A DNA stretch of 64,000 nucleotides from Antedon mediterranea. Taxonomy: Eukaryota; Animalia; Echinodermata. The first letter of the stretch is position 1; every line of letters begins with the position of its first letter. The notes beneath the pieces were generated by a model. The model made no database searches and was not told the DNA's origin. It saw nothing but the letters and a program-made list of their open reading frames with translations. The translations under genes and the position numbers were made by a program. Of this stretch, positions 36,575 to 50,190 are shown piece after piece. The stretch lies in assembly GCF_964355755.1 (NCBI RefSeq), contig NC_092675.1, positions 9,357,812 to 9,421,811 on the forward strand, written 5' to 3'.

Positions 36575-36990
36575 TCAGTCTCCACCTTTCCTCAAGCGAC
36601 CGACTTTCAAAAGCAGCCATCTTGACCACCTTTCTAAAACGACCATACATCGTAAGCAATCACCCACATTAGTGACCACCTCTCTTAAGGGACCGCTTCT
36701 AATAAATCTAAACACCTCTCATAATCGACCATCTCTTGTAAGTGATCGCTTGTGAGGAACCCCCTTTTTAAAGGACACCACCTCTTGTAGGGGAACGCTT
36801 CTCATAATTAACTACCTCTAGTAAGCGGCCATCTCTCTTAAATGACCACTAGAGGTAGCGGTCATAAGAGAAAAAATGAGAAATGGTCAATTATAAGACA
36901 TGGTCCCTAACGAGAGGTGATTATCGTTTAAGAGAGGTGGTCACTTAAGAGAGGTGGTTGATTATGAGAAGCTGTCCCTTAGAGACAAAG
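36575..36990. mobile_element. Degraded pogo/mariner-like MITE cluster
   Basis: Repeated GACCACCTCTCTTAAG and its reverse complement CTTAAGAGAGGTGGT. Confidence 0.55.
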
Positions 36991-39114
36991 CATTGAAGGA
37001 TAAACAGACAAACGTTTAATTAGGTTAAATGCAACACCATTATTTATCCAGTTAAAGAGAGCTGACAAACAATTCCTAGATTTCTAACTTTCAAAACAAT
37101 AAATATGAAGAGTTTTTAAAGTCTAAGACTTCTTAATATTTTCTCCTGTTGTTACATTAGTGGTTAATGAAGTTTGTTACAGTATTGTAAAAGTGACAAC
37201 CACAAACCTAAACGGTTATTTGCGAGCACAAATTTAGCAGAAATGTGGTCGGTCTATAAATATATTATTTATTTTAAAATAAACAGGGTTTGTTCGGTGA
37301 TATGCTCAGAGTGAAAATATACCTAATTTTGATCTAAATTAGAAGAGGCACAAGGATGTAATGAAGGGTAATAATATTATACAGAAAGTTTAAACAGAAC
37401 TTAGCGTCTACCAAATGATTTAATAACAATTTTATTCTACATCCTGTACATTACTATACATCAACTCATGAAGGGCAAATCTAGACAACAAATGGGCACA
37501 ATTAAAACACTGAATAGCTAAATACAATGAAATATTGTATCCATTTTTGATGTAAAAATTAATATTAGGCCTACATAAAAAAAAATAGTGTGTCAAACCA
37601 CAATGCTGTGGTTAACAGCTATACTACTGAATAGTAACTGAGACAGAAACAATGTTATTCTACATCTGAGACACAAAAAAAAATATACAGAAAGTTATAA
37701 GATATCAAAATGAAAAAATTGCTGAGACCTATTTCTGAAATTAAGATAATTATAAAATTCATTACTGAAGATGATCAAATAAAGTTTTAAATATTCAATC
37801 ACAATGACTTGTCTCACTTTTTTAAAGATTAAACCGTAGTGGACCCTCTTGTACTGTAATACGTAATGGTCCAATGACAAGTGACAGTTTGGATTATCCA
37901 TCGTTTGTGATTGGTCAAATCACTTGCGTAGCATCTAGATCCTTGTGTTGTGTTTTAGTGGGAACAAAGCTTAATGATTAAATGTAGGTGTGACATACTA
38001 TCAAACAGACTGCAAATCTTTAGAAACTAATCTGTTACTTTCGTGGCATTTTGGTTTTTTGTGGGTCACTACAACCTTAGGGTGTAATGCCTCTATCCCG
38101 GAATATGTACAGTAGGTTAGTTTTGGATGACATTTTGTTCTGTACAGTAGGCCACATTTACTACTGATTGTTAAACAAAAATAATTGATAATAAATCATT
38201 ATAATGTTTAAAGGTTTGCATGGCAAAATTAAATGTTGATATAAAGTTTGTGGTACACCACGTATATAGGACAAAGAATATTGATTGAAACATCGAGAAA
38301 CTCAACAGTTCTTTTCAGAACTAATAAATCATTATTTCTTAAATTATTAAATAGAATATTAATAAAAAAAAGGCATAATTTAATAAAGGAAGAATAACTG
38401 TTAGTGTTATGCAAAAAAGTCGAGTAGCGTTTTTCATAAGAAATATTTCTTGTTTTATAATATGAATCAAATGTTCCCGCATCCCCATATTATATGAGTC
38501 AATTTCTATCCATTGGGAACAAGCAGACAATTTACATCCAGGTGCGTCAGTTCAGATGTGCCAGACTGTAGGCTAGCCAAACTCACCTGGTGAGTTGAAA
38601 GGAAATTAAATATTATTACCCTGGCGTGTGACTGTACGTCATTCTCACATTTTGATAATAATGGATAAAATACGGGCATGTTTTACAAAAGGAATTTAAT
38701 TTCCTTATAACTTAAACAACTGTTTACAAATGAGACCTATGACCAAATGTTATGCTTTATTAATATGGACAATCAAAAGTAATGCAAGTTAAATTCGTAA
38801 TGGACATAAATTACAAAAAAATTGTTGGTGTAGTCGTTGAAATGCAATTTCTTTATATAAATTAAACATGGGGCAAAATATATTTTGACACTGGGGTCAA
38901 CCCCTATTCTGGGGACACCCTTATCAAGGAAGCACTTTGTTACCTTCCAAAGGTGTCCCTTTAATACTACTACTTTTACTATATACTGTAATGTAAGTAT
39001 TACATATTTTAGAAATTCATGGGGTGGCCTATTAACCATATAAGGAGACACTTGTCTGTGAAATGAATAAGGAGAATGTTTGTTTTAACTATACCGCCAG
39101 TAAAAACCTATTAA

Positions 39115-39690
39115 AGCTTAGGTACATGAATTTTAAATATAATATCTGGTTAATTGTACATAAATCAAATATTTGTAACAGAAATCAAGACGAAAAAACA
39201 TGAATTTCCCTTAATATGGTCAAATACAAAATTTGGCAAAATTCTGCCATAAAAACCCGGAAGACTTTTTTTCAGTAGTTAGGTAGTTTAACCTAATGTA
39301 ATAACATTTCTGGTGACTCCCTAGAAGGTGATAAAAGATGGTGGATATACAGTGGATAATTTTTGCTAGAGCATGAAAATAAAAATCTGAAGTTGAATAA
39401 AAATACCAGAAATGTAAAATTCAAGTTATAATAACCTATATTTAGTCATCTGATAACATTGTTTACCACACCGTTTATTTTTCATAGCTTTTTAAAATGC
39501 TAATAGAGATTTGTGTAATTTGAACTATCTACTACTACTACTACTACAGTACTGATAAAGAAAGTGCTTATTTTCAACAAGTTCGTGTAACACAAATAAA
39601 ATCCCAAAAATTATGAAACATAGGGGAAACTATAGATCGAAAATTATTGGAATGTATGATCAATAGAAATTTTTTGCCCGCACCTGGCCT
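39115..39690. mobile_element. Kolobok-like element K2, longer copy
   Basis: TTAA TSD; same termini and 3' ~300 bp as 14681-15035. Confidence 0.8.
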
Positions 39691-42403
39691 TTAAGAAGTC
39701 CCCTTAATAGTGGTTTTACTGTGTGACATTAGACAACAAGTACTCTATCCCCTTAGTATATTGTATCAATTAATTATTTATTTTTAAAAACTTTGTTTTC
39801 TACCCGCCAAACAACCTTTTAAAGAACCTAAACAAATCTTAATCATAATCTGCATCATGATCTGATTCATTTGATATTTTTTACTTATTAACTTGTCAAC
39901 AATTTACTAAACGAGTAAATTGATTTTAATTTACAAAAAACAAATAATGTTTTGTTTAGATTTTAGATGTTCTTGAATAATAAAATTGATTAAATTTGAT
40001 TAGTATACGGAAGTGAGTCAGTGTATAAAGACTATAAGGGCTAAAGACCAGTGGATGCTAACAGAGGGATTTCCTCGTGTCACTGTCATTGTAATTGTAA
40101 GCCAAAATTTATTCATGCAAAACAACCAAAATATGTCTACTATTACTAAGCACAAACTTAGAAACACATTACACTCTGAAGTCTCAAATTAACAAAAGTT
40201 TCAGAAGAAAAATGTCTTATAGTAAAACAAACTCATTTTAGGAATTAACTTTTAATTTTTAAAATTATTTACATTTATTAAGCATAACTGAGAACAGGTT
40301 ATTTTGTATTTATGTTATTTTTGTACATTTCTACTAGTACTTAGACAAATCTGTTTATAATTCTAATAATTAACAACTTCTCACTAAATTAATTGAATAC
40401 AAATATTTATTTTAATTTTAATCGGATCACATTAAACATTCAAATTAGTCTCATAATAACAATCCTCAATTTTTTCAATTCATTAATAATGACCAATCAA
40501 TTTGGGCCAAATGAATCACCAAGAGATGACTGAATATATTAATTGACCTGACTTTGGCACCATCACTGTCCACCTGAATTTCCCCTAACCATCATTCAAT
40601 GTGAATGGGCTGTGTGGTCAACTGTCAACAACGTTTGACCACCATCTTTGATGACCCATGCTTAAAAAGCCATTCATAAGACTTATAATTAAGTTAAAGT
40701 TTTCAGATTCTCACACCCACAGATACCTACCAATGATAGTCCTAGTTTATGGTTGTCGTACACCCACTGGACCACAAAACAAGTAGAGGTGGAAAAAAAT
40801 AAATCTGATACATAAACAACATATGAACATACTAATCTAAGATCGCTCAACCACATGATAGTGTCTATGGTCACACTGGACAAAAGAAGGACAGTGTGTT
40901 CAGAATCAGGGGTCTTAATAAAAGTAGTAAAAATGACAACTCAATTACATCTGAAATGTTATGAAATACTGATCATTTAGGCATAAGAAGAAACATTAAA
41001 GAACCAAAGATATGTAACCAATATCAGCAGTATTTAAGTTAGGAATGGATTAGACCCACTTATTGTGAGTTTTTTATGCATTTTAAGCATCTTACACAAA
41101 GATGACAGTAATAATAGGACTGGACAGAACCAAGGACATGTGATCAACATCAGTGGTTAAATGCCTTAGAATGACAGCTCAATTAAGTATACAAGGATCT
41201 TTACCCACTTGTTGCGAGGTCATAAAGGCTCAAGAAACTGCACTATAGACTGATTCATGTCTGAAGGTACAGTATACGGTACACCATTAGCAATAAAATT
41301 GATTTTTATTTTCAAAAATAAAAATGTGTCTATTGTTACTGAAAATATTGAGAAGTTGTCACTATCATTGAAATTTGTCAACATATTGGCAATTATTCAC
41401 CATTGTTTTCAAAATTATAACATGTGATGTATTTATGGATGACAATCCATATAACTTAATGAAAAAAAAATAATAGATAAAATAATATTAAAAAAATAAT
41501 CTATTAAAAATATAAATTACAACATACATTATTTTGTTCAATAAACAAGTATATTAATCTATACTGTAATTATAACATTATTATGATTTTTAGGATTAAT
41601 AACAAAAATAGTACTAGTTGAAGACCGATTTGCATATTGGGAGTAATTGTTATGCATTTAAAGTTTAATGAGTAGTGTAATCTTGATAAGATTTTTCTTA
41701 CCTCTCACACACATGATATCCAGAAAATAAGCACATTTTGAATGAAATTAAAGTCAATACAAATGGTAGAGAATAAAATGCATTGGTCTATGCAAGATAG
41801 GATACCAAAATCCAAACTTACATTTAATTACAATAAATAATTATTATTGATCAATCCTTGGGTTGTACATTGCATATTCATGTTTTTTTTGATAAAAATG
41901 TTTGTAACAATTTCATAATCGAAAACCCAAGCTGTGTTTGAACCATCTACAATGGATACTCCGTAGCCAAATTCCAAGTGCCATAATTTGTTGTACTATA
42001 GCCTTCAATAATCATAGTTGTGATTCATAAAACAATGTTTTTTTTTGTATTTATTGAAGAAAATGAATAGAATGTGTATTCATTGAAGGATTTACCAGTC
42101 AATCTTAGTACTAAGAACAATAATATTCTATTCTTTCAATCATAAACAAATTGTATGATATTATCCTCGCTGATATACAGTATAGCTAAACTACTGTACA
42201 TATGGAACAAAATACCTTTCTTCAAAATTGGCAAAAGAGATCAATCAACAAAATTTAGAAAACATTCAGATAGTCAATACAAAGACCATTAAATTAATTG
42301 TGGCACACAAACCTCTACATCCATACCAAAACATTCTGAATCAAAACAAAAATCAAATGGAAGTACAACATTACCAATTTTCAACAAGAAAAAAAATACT
42401 TAC

Positions 42404-42502
42404 ATTTTGTGTACTTCTATCGTTAATTGAGAAAACTTTGGTAATTCTATTTTTGCAATTTTTCCACTTATTACTGCTTTGAAATTCACAAGAATTTTCC
42501 AT
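42404..42502 (-). CDS. Candidate alternative first coding exon of the RhoGAP gene (MENSCEFQSSNKWKNCKNRITKVFSINDRSTQN)
   Basis: attATGG start, phase-0 donor AAT|gtaagt, upstream TATA box. Confidence 0.55.
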
Positions 42503-42679
42503 AATCACTAAATATGTCCTTGCGTATGTAAGACAATAACACAGGAGACAATACCCGCAAAGTAGATACTCAACTACCAGTCAGCTACAAACATGATTGA
42601 AGAGTGAACATTGATTAGTTAAAGTGATAAGCTAAACTAGCGACTTTCCACCACTTTGGTGCAAGCAAATAAATTTTGC

Positions 42680-42850
42680 TGGAAGGATTTTCCGGACAGG
42701 TTCATGTGGTCTCTTCATACACGTCCCTTGCTAAACGACCATCGAAGCGGTTCAACCGTAAAATATCACAGGAAGATGGTTTTTAATACATCACTCATTG
42801 AAGCCTAGTAATTCAGATGACTCAGTTCAGTATTTATAGTCGTACAGCGA
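42680..42850 (-). promoter_or_regulatory. Probable TATA promoter for the 42.5-kb exon
   Basis: TATAAATA (minus) at 42831-42838, AP-1 TGACTCA at 42818-42824, ETS-like CCGGAAAT and ACAGGAAG nearby, local CpG enrichment. Confidence 0.4.
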
Positions 42851-44577
42851 AGGAAAACAAACAGAATGAATCACCCAATGATTTCCAATTAGCATTACTC
42901 TAGGTAAAGTTTCTTAGATTTTAAATGATGTTTGTTTTCTCTCCACTTATATAATGTACCTATGTTTTTTTTATCATGATGACATTGACTCATCGCTTCC
43001 TCTCTGGGCTACGTGTCAGACGATTTCAAGTTATTCACCTAGGGAATTTTCTTCTTTCAATACATGATTTTTATCTTGCCATCATCGCTTCATCAATCAT
43101 AATATTGCTAGATTTTTTTACATCTTGTTAATCCTTTTGATCAGGTATTCTTATAATCTCAGATTACTATCATAATCTCTTTATAATATATAAGATACAT
43201 TTTTTTTTAAACAAAAGAAATAACTAGTTTATGTTTGATTCATCAGGGAAGAGTGAATACTGTATATCTCTCTCCAAAGTGAAATGCTATGATAAGCAGG
43301 AAAGGAACAAATTAATGGATGCTTAATTTTGGTGGCAAACAGTTAGCAATTTAAAAATAACAATCACCTCAAAAACTATTCTTCTACAAAACCTTCTTCC
43401 AATACAATCTGTAAATGTGAAAGTGGAATGAATTGGCTCAACATTTTTAGCATACAGTATGTCAAAAATCATTCTTAAAAGTTTCTTTTTGAATAAAAAA
43501 ATTCATTATGAAGCCAAATTTAACTGATTTTAACTTGTACCCGAAAGTCCCTTAATTCAGTTACAAAATCGGTGCAATCCAGTCCACATGTTTCACAAAA
43601 TCTTATATCTGATCGTTTGTGATATGGTGATTTGACATCAAACTTTAATCAATTAGATAGTAATAACACCCATAGGAGTAAAGGCAAATGATAAAAATAA
43701 TCTTATCAATAATATTAAAGATTTTCCCTGATTCACAACATCCCGGTAATAAAATGATTAATATTAAGACTGATAGTATCATAGTATTAAAAGTACTAAT
43801 TTTATTACCAGGATAAAAAAAAAGTATAGGTATCTTAGGATAGCAAAGGTGAAAGTTGCTTCTAACAGAATAATACTGTATTTGTTTCACCAGGTACATT
43901 CTTTCCTGGTTTTATGTTAGAAGATGATGTGAAAACATTTACTGTACTATAATTTTGGTTGGATAAATTTCTGTATACGGTCCTGTCTCTACAGCCTAAT
44001 TAAAAAAAAAAGTATAGCTTAGCTCCTTAGAGATCAAAACTTTTAGAACCAAGGTCTGTGAAGTGGTCTAATTTGCAAGAAAATTTCAATGAAAAACTAT
44101 ACAATTATAAACGGAATATTTTTATAAAAGTCACGTCTTATAAAAATGTTTTAAAGCAAGTCAGGAAGGTTCAATGGTGAACTACTTTGAATTAGTTGTA
44201 TTAAATTAAATAGTTTAAACCCTATTTAACTATAGGGTTCAGATTAAAATATCGCAAGTGTTTTTCTAGGTTGTGCAATCAACCTAATAGTAAAAACATC
44301 ACGTTAAAAATAATTGTTTAATAGGCTTCTTGCAATTCATGCTTGTTTTTTCTCTTGAGAGAATCTTGTAAATATAATAAAATATTCATTTATCCTGTTA
44401 TTGTATATAAAGTAAATGTTTAAGTTAGTAAAAGATGTTGAGAAAGCTTATCTTTGAGATAGGGGGAAAATGTATCACATACTTTTTCAAGAGCACTGTT
44501 TTGAAGAAACTTTTACTTTTACTCAAATATAAACAAAAACATATCCTAAGAAACTATTCATTTGAAAATGTCTATAT

Positions 44578-44930
44578 TTTTTTCAACTTTCGTAAGTCCT
44601 TGATTGACTTGATAAGTGTTTAAGGTGATGTCATGATTATGATGTCATGAATAATGTTGACGAACTTCCGACAGCATAGTAAAATTAAGATAAACTTGAG
44701 TTTTATGCAAAAATTGTTTGCAAACATGTTGTTATGCCGTCAGTGCAATAAAGTAGTCTTATATGTTCTACCTTTATATAGGCAAGTATTTTAATATTCA
44801 GCTGGACTTTATAACAAGTTATTCATTTAAACAAACAATTTAATTTGCTGTTGGAAGTTTGGCAACATTATTCACAACATCACCTTAAACACTTCAATGT
44901 TAATCAAGGACTTACAAAAGTTGGAAAAGC
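44578..44930. repeat. Long imperfect inverted repeat (foldback/MITE remnant)
   Basis: TTTCAACTTTCGTAAGTCCTTGATT..AAGTGTTTAAGGTGATGT..TGAATAATGTTG mirrored by CAACATTATTCA..ACATCACCTTAAACACTT..AATCAAGGACTTACAAAAGTTGGAAA. Confidence 0.75.
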
Positions 44931-46050
44931 TCTTGAAAAAATCTGTAAAAGCAGCTGATATAAAAGTACTTTAAAAATTCCAAAACGTTCGGCGTGTTTC
45001 TGAAATCTATTATTGTATATATTTTTTCTTTAAGCCATGGCACAGGGAAGCGGGAATGTTTCTAAATCAAGTTTATATAGGGATTGCTTTATCTGCCACT
45101 GTTTCGTAAGATGAAAAAGCAACTCCAAATTAAGTTCTGGGAAGGTATGGGATGCTATTAAATAATCAGGACTGCCAAATTTAAGTAGGCTTAATTAACT
45201 TATAAAAAATTAACAGTAATCCAGAAGGCGGATGGGAAATGTTGATATATAATTAGGTTAACTTTTAATCTACTATTCTGTAACATATGCTTAGTTTATT
45301 ATACATTTGACCTATGTATAATTTAAAATTAATTTTCGTCTGCTCTCTTGATTAGCCTGACTTACTTTTATAACTGACTGGTTATAGGAATATTCATTTT
45401 TAAACTTGTTTAAATTTTAGAAATATAGCTACTTATATAGATACATACAAATTTATTTGAACTCAATCCATGGTTTGTGATACATTTGAGAAAATCCCAA
45501 CCATTCAGGAGCTACTTTCTACAAACGCTCTCTTTGTATTATTATGACAAGCAGAAATCTTACATTTTTCAAACACATTTTATTTTCTATTCACTAAAGA
45601 CTGAAACAATTGAAACTGGAAATAATTCTTTAATTCATTATATAGTGTTATCAGGCATGTTTTAGTATAATTACCCTATATGCCTAAACAGTAAGCTCAT
45701 TATACAGCAACTGGAACTAGACATTTTCTTGTACAGTTCTTTGTTGAAGCATTTGTCATACAAAGTTACCGTGTTGAAACATTGATTTCATTCATCAACA
45801 ATTTACTTTGGGACACTAATAAATTTTTCAATGATTTAGCAGAATCTTTTTGTTTGTGTTAAATTTTTGTTTTCTTCCTAGCACTTTTTAGTCATCAGTG
45901 ATTTATCTAATTAAAGATATTTAATAGCATCCATCAACTTTGGTATTATCTCTTTACAAGTTCAAGTGTAGAAAGATGGAAATGTCATACAATAAGAATT
46001 TATTTATTATTTTGTCACCAGAAGAATGTTTACCGTATGTTGATATATAC

Positions 46051-46208
46051 AGCCGGTCTACACTATCAAACTTTATGTGACAACAACATGTGACATGCCC
46101 ATATATGGACATGATGTTATATCAATACCATATTTAGGCATATAAATACCATATTTGGGCACATCACAGTTTTTTTCAAAGTTCAAATTTAGTTTGATAA
46201 TGTAGACA
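46051..46208. mobile_element. MITE family A copy
   Basis: GTCTACACTATCAAACTTTATGTGAC..AGTTTGATAATGTAGAC. Confidence 0.75.
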
Positions 46209-48279
46209 TTATAATGTGAAGTACTTCCTTTTTTGCACAGATCTACCAAAAGGTATTTTACTAATTAAGCTACACATACACTAATTCGATTATAGTTTAT
46301 GTAGTGGTGTATGAGTAGCCAAAACTATCTTCTTCTTTTATTCTCAGTAAATATTCCCAGTTATAAATGGAAATCATTTAGCCAAAAATGCTTGGTACAA
46401 ATGAAAGCATAGACAAAAATTACAAACAAATGCTGGTTTGTAATATGTATGTGCTAAAGCTAATAGTTGAAAATTGGGAATCCTTGGCCCTTATGTTAAA
46501 ATAAGTATGACATTGATGGATAAAACTTGTTCCGATTCAATACAATGCACAAAATAGGTTATCTGTGTCCAATTAAATGATCTTATCTATTTGGCGTATT
46601 TCCTTCATCTTTGATTTTTCTAGTGATCACAATTTTGGAAATGACATTTTTAATGAAATGGTTTTTACATTTTAACATTGAGTATGTTTTAGTATACATA
46701 AAAGGTCAAGTTATAAACATTATATGAATGAGATTGAGACTCATGAGGTAGAACATAAAACAAGTTAAAGTCGTGTTTCGGACCATAAAATTGTTATTAT
46801 TGTGGTCTTTTACTAAATAAATTAACATTCAAATAGTTGCTGATTGTCACTTCATTAATTCATTTTGTATTAAAATGTAAAAACCTTATACTTTGAAAAT
46901 GATATCAGGTATCTATCAAAACTTCCACTGGTGAACAAAGAAAGATTCATCTAACAGTACAAAGCATGATTTCAACAAACAGGCATTCAAAGCCACTCTA
47001 TAATGTTTTTAAAAATACATTTTGATATTTGGCAATATAGTGGTATTTTATGTTGTGGGCCAAGTAAAGAAGCTTTGTTGGATGAGTGTTGTAACCGCAA
47101 AAGATGACTAACTACCATACGATAGTGAGTTGGAACACTGCACATACTACCTTATTGTATGAGTGCCAAACATGCACAGCTACAGAATAAGTCTAAACCC
47201 CTTATTTTAGCACGCCCTTATTTTTTTTAACAAGTTGTTTATAAAAATTATTTGAACTAAAGAGGATACACAAAATTGTAATTGCATATTAAAATCATTT
47301 GGTTCCAACACTTTTAATCTAAAATAACCTTATCGAGAGATTGAGTGACTAAAATCAAAGACATAATACTGACTATAGCATACATACTCAATGGAACAGG
47401 TCCTGAAATTGTTTAAACTAGGCCCTATTGGTATCACTAGGAAATGTTATCAAGCTTCTGTTTGCAAACTACGAGTTGCTCCATCTGTGTTTGCAAACTA
47501 AAGTTTACTAGTGCTCACATTATCAATAAAATTAGTGAATTTGGGCCAAATCAGATTATAATTGGTTGTGGCAGTCAAAACTAGAATTCTCATTAAAACG
47601 TTTTTATTGGAAAAAAAAAGTACAAATCTTAAATGTTCATCTGAACTTCAACTTCATACCTTGAAAATTATACACAGTGGCATACAAGGTAGTGCAAGAG
47701 AATTATCATCACAGACTTTGACTTCCTGTCAGAATCACGATGCTCAAAATTCCCAACTACAGAACGAATAATGACAAGAGAGAAAACGTACACCTATTGG
47801 GACATACCCGCACCTGTCATAGACATGAGATTTAATTATTCGGCAACGAACATCAGATTTCGCAGAATGTTACAGAAGTTTCCTTCGATGATGGAACGAT
47901 TGTATTGGGGACTTAGACATCTGTAGATAATTACAAAGCAAATTCATCAAATTTTTTTTTTATTAAAGAAATTGGATTATGATATTGAATTTCCCTATCT
48001 CATATATACAGTAATCTATCAACTATCAATACATTTATCTTTTTATAATATTCTAAATTTCAAATACAGAAATCTCTGTTCATAAATGCCCCAATTATGG
48101 CATTCTGTAACAGATCAACTTTAGGTACTTTTTTAAAATTAATTTAATTCACTCAGAGAATCTATCAACACTGCAGGATTTGAACTCTTGATCTAGTCTG
48201 GGCTCCAGACGGAGTTTTTTCTTAATATTATTAGTAAAAATATAAATATTTTTGCACATATGGCGTTTCATACGTGTAT

Positions 48280-49170
48280 TACTTGAGTTTGGATACTCCG
48301 TCTGGGGAAACACGCAAAAGTCACGTGGTTTGACACCAAGAATTCTTGGTGCATAGATTATCCGGTTGAATAGTTTCAGCTGCATGCGATTGGCTACTCA
48401 CTCGTACACCGTTTTAATATTCATATTTCAGAATTTCAAAGACTCAACAACTAAGATGGTACGCATGCGCTATGTAACGTTTAGACAACGTGTACTTGGG
48501 TACATTGATGAAAGTTTCTGAAGGCTAGAAAGGATTTTATATGGATCATTTAATCAGGGAGATGTAATTTACATCTCCCTGATTTAATATTACGCGGAGA
48601 TAATTTGATTTAATTCCCACCCAGACCCTGTCCTGTTGTGTGTGAATCCTGTTGTGTGCCGGTGGTGGTATTATGTAGGCCTACCTTATTGGCGTTTTAT
48701 TTGGCAGGTCATACGTGCGAGTTGAGTAGGACCTACGAAGGAGGCCTAGGCTAAGGACTAAACAATTAATAAACAAAACAACTTGGCAACACGATTTCAT
48801 ATTTTAACAGTCTCGATCGTACATTCAGCACTGTACGTAGGCCTACTCGATCTTTGTCATTTTTAAACAAAATGATCATTGGTTGATTCGAAATCCATAT
48901 TTACATACCGCCCGCCCCATATAGCCAAATACGGTATGATAACCTACGTCATTCTTATCGGATGTTTGCGGTCTGCAAATCGATTTCTATACGTGTTTCA
49001 CAAGTCTGTATTTTCAGACAAAAATCGCGGTCGAAATAAAAACAAATAAATAAAAAAAAAACAATACAGACTTGGAGCAAGTCTACTCTTGATCCTGAAA
49101 TTGTAAGAAAGGTATAACAACCACGGATATTATTTCTCACACTAGAATCTTAAGAAAAAGAAAGGTAAGA
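48280..49170. promoter_or_regulatory. CpG-rich, probably bidirectional promoter with candidate non-coding first exons
   Basis: E-box TCACGTGG, NRF1-like CGCATGCGC, CCAAT boxes, GC box CCGCCCGCCCC (48908), Inr-like TCATTC (48949). Plus donor AAG|gtaaga at 49164/49165; minus donor AAG|gtaggc at 48685/48684. Confidence 0.5.
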
Positions 49171-49949
49171 TTAGAACAAAATACCACAAATTTACAATTT
49201 CACTGAAAAAATATTTTAAAAGTTCACATAAGGAAAAGTCTGCAACCTACGTAACCAATCAAGTCTTCTTGTAGTATTTGAACCCAACATCCAGGGATTA
49301 TACAGTAAACACCAGATTAATCAAGTAACATTAACAAACACACTTCAACTTCATCTCCTTTAATTATGACTTTATGACAACAAGAAACAATTCTATATCC
49401 CTTATTTTAAAGCAATGTGAATATATAGATTATATAAATACATATTAACTTAGTTTAATTCATTTAAAATACCCACTACATATTATTCATGAACTATTTT
49501 GAAGAAATAAAAAAGAACCCACAAAAGACAAAAACAAAATTAAAGCATAAAATGACCAATCAACAATATTAAACTTTCACAGATTATTCTACAGTTCAAA
49601 ATATTGGGACAAAATACTACAATTAATTACACATTATGTAGCCTATTAGAGATTTCAATAATTGCCCTAATAAATTATTTAAATGATTTTTAATCATTTC
49701 ATCATTTTTATTATTTTTTTTTTTCCTTTTTTGGTTTGTTTTCCTTTTTTTTTTAAAGATTTTTAAAAATTTATTTTGTTTCTGTTAATGATTTATACTA
49801 TTTATTCATTATTTTATTTAGAATTATTATAAATTGTATTTTAAATATTGTCATTGTTATATATTTGTTGTTGTCCTGTCTTGTAAATAACTCATTAACA
49901 AAACGAATGCTCTTTGCACAAGCCCAAAAACCATACTATCGTGACCCCT

Positions 49950-50190
49950 GGATTAAATTAAGCAATCTCCTTCAGTGCGATCCTAGTCAAGCTAAGAAGC
50001 TTACCCAGTCAAGGAAGCCCTTCAACAGTCGGACCCAGCATATATTTGGATGCTAGAGAAGACTGCCTCTTGGATGAGACTGGCATCAGTGGGAGGAATA
50101 AAACTGTGCTGTACCGGTACTGTAGTGAAGGAACTGGATGGACCACCCTTGTTATACAGTAGTTGAAATAAATTAAATAAAAAACCCTTT
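49950..50190 (+). mobile_element. Possible 5'-truncated retroposon 3' end
   Basis: GC-richer segment ending in an A-rich tail, flanked by direct repeat GTGACCCCT (49941 and 50191). Confidence 0.35.

Noticed and set aside
47690-47830. SECIS or C/D snoRNA, and a junction-formed TGA selenoprotein (56740 joined to 47920)
   Set aside because: The stem above the putative UGA/GA quartet does not pair, there is no suitably placed box D, and no selenoprotein homology is recognisable.
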